Below, in pieces: positions 8,525-14,865 of a stretch of 32,000 nucleotides of DNA. The stretch spans positions 9,058 through 41,057 of the forward strand of contig JAAYNL010000010.1 of the NCBI GenBank assembly GCA_012520845.1. Direction: 5' to 3'. The position numbers and the translations under genes are program-made. The notes under the pieces were generated by a model. It was not told the DNA's origin. It ran no database searches and was given only the letters and a program-made list of their open reading frames with translations. The stretch is from Thermoplasmatales archaeon (GTDB lineage Archaea; Thermoplasmatota; Thermoplasmata; Methanomassiliicoccales; Methanomethylophilaceae). Position 1 is the stretch's first letter. Each line of letters starts with the position of its first letter.

Positions 8525-8576
8525 GGACCACTTTCGGAGAAAACGGGCCACTTTCGGCCACCTCCCCCCTCCTTCC

Positions 8577-8584
8577 TTTAAATA
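8577..8584 (+). promoter_or_regulatory. Orphan consensus TATA box (TTTAAATA) with no ORF behind it
   Basis: The octamer is identical to the 5S, methyltransferase-cfbC and antitoxin promoters. The predicted TSS is near 8607 (T/A at 8606/8607). See the ncRNA candidate at 8607..8700. Confidence 0.45.
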
Positions 8585-8606
8585 CAATACCTGCGTAGAC
8601 AGTATT

Positions 8607-8700
8607 AGAAGCGAAAAAAACGCATCCCCATGCTATCGCTTCACCCTCTGCGGGCGGAAGGAACCCATCCCATCTTTCCATCCCCTTCCGCCCGGTTTTT
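8607..8700 (+). ncRNA. Candidate small RNA or terminated leader (about 94 nt) upstream of the ABC binding-protein gene
   Basis: Bounded by the predicted TSS 30 nt after TTTAAATA (8577) and by an 11-bp perfect stem, CGGGCGGAAGG (8651..8661) with CCTTCCGCCCG (8684..8694), followed by G TTTTT (8696..8700). No plausible ORF. The downstream gene has its own AT-rich promoter at about 8748..8760. Confidence 0.3.
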
Positions 8701-8779
8701 ACCCCTCCAGATTCTCGTATTTTAAAGATTTCTTCATACTTCGATAAGTATTATTAATATCGAAAATAATCATATTCCT

Positions 8780-10183
8780 ATGAATACCAAATTCATTGCA
8801 GTGCTTGCGGTGGTTGTACTGGTCGCCGCCGGCGCGGGTGCGGCCTATTTCGTACTCGACAAAGAGGAAGGGATAGTCTTCGACGACCCCGCGGTCTTCC
8901 CCATGGACAGTTTGCAGATTTTCGGCAACGCCAACGGGGATTGGACGATTGACGAACAGGATATCCAATACATACAGGACATCATCGACGGAAAGAAGGA
9001 GAAAACCGTGTTCGCCGACGCCAACAGGGACGGGAAAATCGATGAAAAGGACATCGACCAAGTCAACAGGATAATAACCAGGGGTGGCCTCAAGCACATC
9101 TGGCTCGTCGACGGCAACAACACCGTCAAGAAAATAAGGACAAAAATAGATAGAATAGGCGCCGAATACTTCAGCAACACCGAGCTCATGCTCATCCTCG
9201 GGCTTAAGGACAAGGTATACGCCGTAGATTACGCCCCCTATCAGTGCAGGGACGCCTATTTCGGCGCGGGTGCCGCAACTATCAAAAATCTGGGCAACAT
9301 GAGCACGCCCAACTACGAAGAGCTCGTGGCGATGAACCTCGACATAATCCTGACGTTCTCGTACAACGGCGCGGACGTGAAACAGGACAAGATGGGCAGT
9401 AAAACCGACGTGCTCTACCTCGGCATGTACAGACCCGATCTCGTGAATCCCGAATCGTCCGAATATTTCCAGGGGATTTTGAAGGCGGGGTACATTTTCA
9501 ACAAGGTCGATAGGGCCGAGGCCTACAAAGAGTGGCTCCTTCAGCAAAGGACCGCGATTCTCGAAAAGACGGGGACCCTGCAGGATAGCGAGAAGCCCAA
9601 GGTCCTGATGACCAACTTCAGGCAAACCTACTTCCAGGACGGCACTACACAGGACCTCAGCGTCTACACCAGCGTCGACCCGCAGACCCAGGCTTGCATG
9701 CTTGCCGGCGGCAAACCGATAGCGGAGAGCATACTCCCGAAGGAGACGTGGGAAGGCGGCCCGAACAGAACCGTTTACGGCACCAAAGTCGGCATCGAGA
9801 CCGTGAAGGGCGCCAAGCCCGATTACGTGTTCTGCCACCTCGTCAGGCACACCTTCGGCGGCACGACGTTGGCGGATACCCCCGATCACGGGCTCACCGT
9901 CAACGACAACACGAGTATGGAAACGGCGTATAACACCGCGGTCGCCAATGCCGCCACCCTCAAACTCGACACCACCATAACCCTTATGGCGGGCGACTTC
10001 AGGAACGGCGCCACCGGGGGCGTGTTGCATGCCGCGTACATCGCCAAGATAATCAACCCGGAACTCGGCACGCCCGACCCGGTTGCCATGCACGAAACGT
10101 ACGTGAACGACTGGCTCGGGCTTAAGGATTACGACTTCTACCAGAAGGGGGTCTTCACCTACCCCGACCTCAGGCCGCAGTGA
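8780..10183 (+). CDS. ABC transporter substrate-binding protein (metal-chelate/siderophore/corrinoid PBP type) with N-terminal membrane anchor and dockerin-like module
   Basis: 467 aa. The N-terminal TM/signal anchor is FIAVLAVVVLVAAGAGAAYFVL. Two dockerin/EF-hand-like repeats are GNANGDWTIDEQDIQYIQDII and ADANRDGKIDEKDIDQVNRII. The remainder resembles periplasmic-binding-protein type 2 (FecB/BtuF class) and lies next to a FecCD permease. Confidence 0.75.
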   Translation: MNTKFIAVLAVVVLVAAGAGAAYFVLDKEEGIVFDDPAVFPMDSLQIFGNANGDWTIDEQDIQYIQDIIDGKKEKTVFADANRDGKIDEKDIDQVNRIITRGGLKHIWLVDGNNTVKKIRTKIDRIGAEYFSNTELMLILGLKDKVYAVDYAPYQCRDAYFGAGAATIKNLGNMSTPNYEELVAMNLDIILTFSYNGADVKQDKMGSKTDVLYLGMYRPDLVNPESSEYFQGILKAGYIFNKVDRAEAYKEWLLQQRTAILEKTGTLQDSEKPKVLMTNFRQTYFQDGTTQDLSVYTSVDPQTQACMLAGGKPIAESILPKETWEGGPNRTVYGTKVGIETVKGAKPDYVFCHLVRHTFGGTTLADTPDHGLTVNDNTSMETAYNTAVANAATLKLDTTITLMAGDFRNGATGGVLHAAYIAKIINPELGTPDPVAMHETYVNDWLGLKDYDFYQKGVFTYPDLRPQ

Positions 10184-10193
10184 ACGTAAACCC

Positions 10194-10221
10194 AGGGGGG
10201 CAACCCCCTTCTTTTATTTTT
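10194..10221 (+). terminator. Stem-loop plus T-tracts between the binding-protein and permease genes
   Basis: AGGGGGG (10194..10200), loop CAA, then CCCCCTT (10204..10210), followed by CTTTTATTTTT. It begins 11 nt after the stop at 10183 and ends 14 nt before the permease ATG. Confidence 0.5.
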
Positions 10222-10234
10222 ATGGGGCATTTGA

Positions 10235-11302
10235 ATGGAACAGGTTGCGGACATCGTCGCCGAAAGGGAGAAACTGAGGATCGTCACCCTGAAAAGGTTC
10301 GCCTTCATCGGCTCCTCCATAGTCGCTTCCGTTTTGTTGATAGGCTACTCGCTCACGGTCGGCACGTACGACATATCCGTGACCGACGTCTACAAAGCCC
10401 TGTTCAATTACTTCATTTACGAAAAGTTCGACGTGTCCGACGATGTGATGCTCGTCGTGAACAGGATAAGGGCGCCCCGCGTCCTGATGGCGTTCGCCGG
10501 CGGCATGGTGCTCGCCATCGGCGGGTGCATCACCCAGACGGTCCTCAGGAACTCGTTGGCGACGCCCTACACGCTGGGGGTCTCCTCCGGCGCTGGTTTC
10601 GGTGCCGCCCTCGCGATACTATTCGGAATCGCCCTGCTCCCGGGGGTTTACGGCATAATACTCAACGCCTTCCTGTTTTCGCTCATACCGGCGGGCGTCG
10701 TCATAATCGCTTCCAAAAGAAGGAACATCACGCCGACGACGATGGTCCTCTGCGGCGTCGCCATATCTTACATATTCAGTGCCAGCAACACCATCTTCCA
10801 ATTCTTCGGGGAGGCGAACGCCGTGAAGAGCGTGGTCTTCTGGATGGTCGGCGACCTCAACTCCATAAAGCTTTCGGACCTGCCCTTCGCCTTCGCCGCG
10901 ACCCTTTTGGCGTTCGTGGCGACGATGCTCATAGCGCGGGACCTCAACATACTCAAGATGGGGGACGACACGGCGAAGAGCCTCGGGGTCAACGCGGAGG
11001 CGCTTAGGACCAGGTCAATCGTCATCGCCTGCTTCACCACCGCGGCGATAGTCAGCTTCACCGGGTCCATAGGCTTCATCTGCCTCCTCGCCCCGCACAT
11101 ATCCAGGATATTCGTCGGCGGGGAGATGACGTATCTCGTGCCGGCGTCCGCGTTCTTCGGGTCCTGCCTGCTGCTCATGGCGGACCTGGTCGCCAAGACG
11201 ATTATAGCGCCGATCATGCTGCCCGTGGGGGCGATCACCGCCCTTATAGGCGGCCCGCTGCTTGTGTTCCTGCTGCTGAGGAAAAGCTCCACCACGCTGT
11301 GA
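10235..11302 (+). CDS. ABC transporter permease, FecCD/BtuC family (type II importer)
   Basis: 355 aa, about 9-10 hydrophobic segments, with the conserved C-terminal PVGAITALIGGPLLVFLLLRK typical of FecCD/BtuC permeases. Confidence 0.85.
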   Translation: MEQVADIVAEREKLRIVTLKRFAFIGSSIVASVLLIGYSLTVGTYDISVTDVYKALFNYFIYEKFDVSDDVMLVVNRIRAPRVLMAFAGGMVLAIGGCITQTVLRNSLATPYTLGVSSGAGFGAALAILFGIALLPGVYGIILNAFLFSLIPAGVVIIASKRRNITPTTMVLCGVAISYIFSASNTIFQFFGEANAVKSVVFWMVGDLNSIKLSDLPFAFAATLLAFVATMLIARDLNILKMGDDTAKSLGVNAEALRTRSIVIACFTTAAIVSFTGSIGFICLLAPHISRIFVGGEMTYLVPASAFFGSCLLLMADLVAKTIIAPIMLPVGAITALIGGPLLVFLLLRKSSTTL

Positions 11303-12085
11303 TCAAAGGACGACCACGTGGGGCCTGCCGTAGTTGTGGTCTATGGCTATGTCCACGCCGTAGGTCTCCTTGATGTTCTCCACCGTTATGACCTCCTCGG
11401 CGGTGCCGGCGTAGGTTATCCTGCCCTCGTCGAGCATGACGAGTTTGTCGCAGTATTTCATCGCCAAATCAATGTCGTGGACGATCGCGCAGACCCCGAC
11501 GCCCTTCTCCCTGACGAGGCGCCTTATCAGCCCCATCACCTCCAGCTGGTACCTTATGTCCAGGTTGCTGGTGGGTTCGTCGAGCAGGAATATCTCCGCC
11601 TCCTGGGCTATGGCCCTCGCCAACAGGACCCTTTGGGTCTGCCCGCTGCTGAGCCTGTCGAATGGCTTCGTCGCCAGATCCTCGACGCCCATGTCGACCA
11701 TGGCCTTCCAGACGATCTCCTCGTCCTGTTCGGTGGATTTCCAGCTAGTGTGCGGCCTCCTGCCCATCATCACGACCTCATAGACCATGGGGGACGACAC
11801 GTCCCTGACGGCGTTCTGGGGCACGTAGCTGATTTTCTTGGAGATCTGCGGCAACGACATCTTCAAGGCGTCCTCGCCGTCTATGGCAATCTCGCCCTGC
11901 TGCGGCGTCAGGATTCTGTTGATGCACTTTATCAGGGTGGTCTTCCCCGAGCCGTTGGGCCCAATGATGCCGAGTACCTCGGATTTGTCCAGGGAGAGGT
12001 TGACGTCCTTGAGGATCGGGGCACTGCCGTATGCGAACGAGACGCCGTTCACAGTGATGTACATCTGGTCCGCGTCGGTTTCCAT
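11303..12085 (-). CDS. ABC transporter ATP-binding protein (FecE/BtuD-like)
   Basis: Walker A GPNGSGKTT, signature LSSGQTQRV, Walker B IFLLDEPTSNLD, H-loop VHD. Its ATG (12085..12083) lies 2 nt after the cfbA stop, and its stop abuts the permease stop (TGATCA). Confidence 0.9.
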   Translation of the reverse strand: METDADQMYITVNGVSFAYGSAPILKDVNLSLDKSEVLGIIGPNGSGKTTLIKCINRILTPQQGEIAIDGEDALKMSLPQISKKISYVPQNAVRDVSSPMVYEVVMMGRRPHTSWKSTEQDEEIVWKAMVDMGVEDLATKPFDRLSSGQTQRVLLARAIAQEAEIFLLDEPTSNLDIRYQLEVMGLIRRLVREKGVGVCAIVHDIDLAMKYCDKLVMLDEGRITYAGTAEEVITVENIKETYGVDIAIDHNYGRPHVVVL

Positions 12086-12087
12086 TA

Positions 12088-12864
12088 TCAGAGGTTCCTT
12101 TTTATTTTTTCCACCAGCACGTCCGTCAACATGGGGTCTGATCCGATAGGGCCTATGTACCTGACAAAAACTTCCTTGCCGGCGAATTTCGCCTTGCCCT
12201 CTTTGGCACCCTTCTCCAGACCTATTTTCGGCGGGATGTCGTTCTTGATATGGTCACCCAAGGCCATGAACAACGGGAAAACGACGATTTCCTCCGCTCC
12301 ATCTTTCGCAAGCGCCTCCATAGTGTCCTCGATGGACGGTTCGTTGAATTCGTTGAACGCGCCTCGGACATCGCCCAGGCCCATCTTGGATAGTTCCGAT
12401 GCATGGTGGTCGATGGTTTCCTTGTTGTAAGGAAGCCTTGATCCATGCCCCACCACCAGGAACCCGACCTTCCTCCCCTCGGGCGCGAACTGCGAAAGTT
12501 TCTTGTACACCGCCTTAGCCAACACGGGGTCCTTGCCGAAGGGCGTCTCGAACACCACATCGATTTCCTTGCCGCCGATTTTGACTACGCCTTTGGTGTT
12601 GCCCTCGCCGATGCCGATGCTCCGGGGGATGTCCTTCTCGAAGTGTATCCCGGAGGCGATGAAGAACGGCAGGGCAACGAGTTTCTTGACGCCGTCCGCG
12701 GCGATTTTCTCCATCATCTCACCTATAAGCGGCTTGGATGTCTCGTTGTACGCCACGTACACGTTCTTGTAACCCTTCTCCCTTAGCCTCTGGGCCTGGA
12801 GTTCCAGCAATTCCTCGTTGTATTTGTAGCGCGAACCGTGGCCTATTAACAATATTCCTTTCAT
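12088..12864 (-). CDS. cfbA: Sirohydrochlorin nickel/cobalt chelatase, tandem-duplicated CbiX-type (candidate CfbA)
   Basis: 258 aa made of two homologous CbiX(S)-like halves (about aa 1-127 and 128-258). Each has GHGSR (IGHGSRYKYN / VGHGSRLPYN) and a second His motif (ASGIHFEKDIP / ALGDHIKNDIP). Divergent from the cfbCEDB operon. Confidence 0.8.
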   Translation of the reverse strand: MKGILLIGHGSRYKYNEELLELQAQRLREKGYKNVYVAYNETSKPLIGEMMEKIAADGVKKLVALPFFIASGIHFEKDIPRSIGIGEGNTKGVVKIGGKEIDVVFETPFGKDPVLAKAVYKKLSQFAPEGRKVGFLVVGHGSRLPYNKETIDHHASELSKMGLGDVRGAFNEFNEPSIEDTMEALAKDGAEEIVVFPLFMALGDHIKNDIPPKIGLEKGAKEGKAKFAGKEVFVRYIGPIGSDPMLTDVLVEKIKRNL

Positions 12865-13060
12865 TTATGCACTTCCGTATTGTTCCTATGGCGGTACGAC
12901 ACCGTCCGTCGCGACGCCACATTCATAAAGGCATTGCTGAAAGGATATTTAGTATGTTCTTTTTCGTCTTGAGTAATACTGGATATATATTCCAATATGG
13001 CGTGCGTATTATTATTTAAATAAAGATTATCACTAAATACAACGAACGGAATCCGCATCC

Positions 13061-13975
13061 ATGGTTTACGATGGGTTGGCCGTGACCCGCCCGGGTTTCG
13101 ACGTCGGCGGCCTTCCGCCCGAATCGGCTGCGATTTGCGCCGAATGGGGGGAGGCGAGGGACGGGCACCCTTTCTACGGCGAAAGGATGGACCCCGCCGC
13201 CGTCGTGCGTTTCTGGGACGGTGTCGCGTCCGACTACAAAGGGGAGGGGCGCGGCGAGATGATTTCCGCGGTGCTCGGCACGTTAAGGGAGATGGGCGCC
13301 CTGAACGGGACGGTCCTGGACGTCGGTTCCGGCCCCGGCACGTTCTCCCTGCCCTTCGCCGAGACGGCAGAAAAGGTCGTCGCCCTGGATTCCTCCGAGA
13401 AAATGCTTGACGGCCTCATGGCGAAAGCCGACGACCTCGGGCTGTCCAACGTCTCCACTACGCTGATTGATTGGAACGACTACGTCCCGCGGGAAAGGCA
13501 CGACCTGGTCTTCTCCTCCCTGTGCCCCGGCGCGAACTCCCCCGCCTCGATACTGAGGATGGAGGCCGCCTCCAAGGGGAAATGCGCCTACGTTTCGTCC
13601 ATGAACAGGGACGAGTCGGTGAACTTCGAGGTCTGGCGCAGGCTGGGGCGAAAATACACGTATCACGGGTATAACACCGGGTTCCCGTACAGGTTCCTGA
13701 GGTCGATCGGCAGGAAACCGTTCTTCTGCGAAATTTCCTGGGTGCACACGATGGACATCGAGGCTTCGGAACTCATCGAGAGAACCGTCAGGAGTTTCGG
13801 CATCTACGGGAATCTCGACGGAGACGACGTGATGGAGGCGACGACCGCTGCCGTCCACGGCAGGTACGGGAGCGGAAGGATCTCCGAAGATACCACGCTC
13901 AGGGCGGGCCTTCTTGTTTGGGACGTTCCGGGGGACGGGGCCCGGGGCACCGCTAAATACGCAGGGGTGGATTGA
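13061..13975 (+). CDS. Class I SAM-dependent methyltransferase, first gene of the cfbCEDB operon
   Basis: 304 aa. SAM motif I is VLDVGSGPGTFSLPFA, with the acidic residue in VVALDSSEKM. The C-terminal ~130 aa have no motif I recognise. TTTAAATA lies at 13015..13022 upstream. The stop is 5 nt before the cfbC ATG. Confidence 0.75.
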   Translation: MVYDGLAVTRPGFDVGGLPPESAAICAEWGEARDGHPFYGERMDPAAVVRFWDGVASDYKGEGRGEMISAVLGTLREMGALNGTVLDVGSGPGTFSLPFAETAEKVVALDSSEKMLDGLMAKADDLGLSNVSTTLIDWNDYVPRERHDLVFSSLCPGANSPASILRMEAASKGKCAYVSSMNRDESVNFEVWRRLGRKYTYHGYNTGFPYRFLRSIGRKPFFCEISWVHTMDIEASELIERTVRSFGIYGNLDGDDVMEATTAAVHGRYGSGRISEDTTLRAGLLVWDVPGDGARGTAKYAGVD

Positions 13976-13980
13976 GGAAT

Positions 13981-14757
13981 ATGCGGAGAATCGCGATCTA
14001 CGGGAAGGGCGGCATAGGGAAATCCACGGTTTCCGCCAACGTCACCGCCGCCATGGCCGACATGGGCCTGACCGTGATGCAGGTCGGCTGCGATCCGAAA
14101 TCCGATTCCACGAAACTGCTCGCCAAGGGCGGACGGAAGGAAACCGTGCTCAACTACCTGAGGGACAACGGCACCGTCGACCTCGACGGCGTCATAACCA
14201 GGGGGTACGGCGGGAGCCTGTGCGTCGAATGCGGCGGCCCCAAGCCCGGCACGGGCTGCGCCGGCCGAGGGATCATCGCCGCCTTCGAGGCCCTCGAGGA
14301 CCACGACGTCATCGGCGAACACTCCCCCGACGTGATCCTGTACGACGTCCTGGGGGACGTGGTGTGCGGCGGCTTCGCCATGCCGATCAGGAACGGGTAC
14401 GCCAGGGACGTATTCATCGTGACCTCCGGGGAAATGATGGCCCTCTACGCCGCGTCGAACATAGCCGAGGCCGTCGACAACTACGCCGCCGACGGCTACG
14501 CCAGGCTCGGCGGCATCATACTCAATGCCAGGGACGTCGAGTCCGAGGACGAGATCGTCGCCAAGGCCGCCGCGGAGATGGGCACGGGGGTCGTCATGAG
14601 GATTGACCGGGACCCCATCGTCCAGGAATGCGAGAACAGGGGGGTGACCGTTGTGGAGGGCGCCCCGGACTCAAGGCAGGCCGGCCTGTACAGAAAATTG
14701 GCTGAAAGGATATTGGAACTGTCGGAGGACTCCGAAGGCGGGATGCGGGGCACCTGA
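13981..14757 (+). CDS. cfbC: Ni-sirohydrochlorin a,c-diamide reductive cyclase, ATPase/reductase component (NifH-like)
   Basis: MRRIAIYGKGGIGKST P-loop. [4Fe-4S] ligand contexts CGGPKPGTGCAGRG and VCGGFAMP. ATG 13981 is preceded by GAGGA (13974..13978). The track start at 13972 is a TTG three codons upstream. Confidence 0.9.
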   Translation: MRRIAIYGKGGIGKSTVSANVTAAMADMGLTVMQVGCDPKSDSTKLLAKGGRKETVLNYLRDNGTVDLDGVITRGYGGSLCVECGGPKPGTGCAGRGIIAAFEALEDHDVIGEHSPDVILYDVLGDVVCGGFAMPIRNGYARDVFIVTSGEMMALYAASNIAEAVDNYAADGYARLGGIILNARDVESEDEIVAKAAAEMGTGVVMRIDRDPIVQECENRGVTVVEGAPDSRQAGLYRKLAERILELSEDSEGGMRGT

Positions 14758-14865
14758 CATGCCCGCGCCGCCCGAGGTCCCAAAAAAGTATTACAATTGG
14801 GAAAACATAACGGGAGGCATGGGTATGGATATCGGATGCCGGGGGTCGGCGGTTGGGGGGTCGCG

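Noticed and set aside
8528-8557. 10-nt direct repeat CCACTTTCGG x2, spaced 20 nt, just after the arcS stop.
   Set aside because: It is too short and isolated to interpret, and I noticed no further copies in the window. It could be chance or a minor protein-binding site.
8525-8779. Cobalamin (B12) or NiCo riboswitch upstream of the ABC binding-protein gene, prompted by the GCCACT-like strings at 8547..8552.
   Set aside because: There is no full B12-box or surrounding conserved core. The GCCACTTTCGG string is part of a simple 10-nt direct repeat and lies upstream of the predicted TSS. I am not aware of cobalamin riboswitches in archaea.
14812-14860. G-tracts (GGG, GGG, GGGGG, GGGGGG) in the cfbC-cfbE spacer as a potential G-quadruplex.
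   Set aside because: The loop lengths (6, 17 and 9 nt) exceed the canonical definition. G-runs are common in this GC-rich genome. The uORF/promoter reading explains the spacer better.
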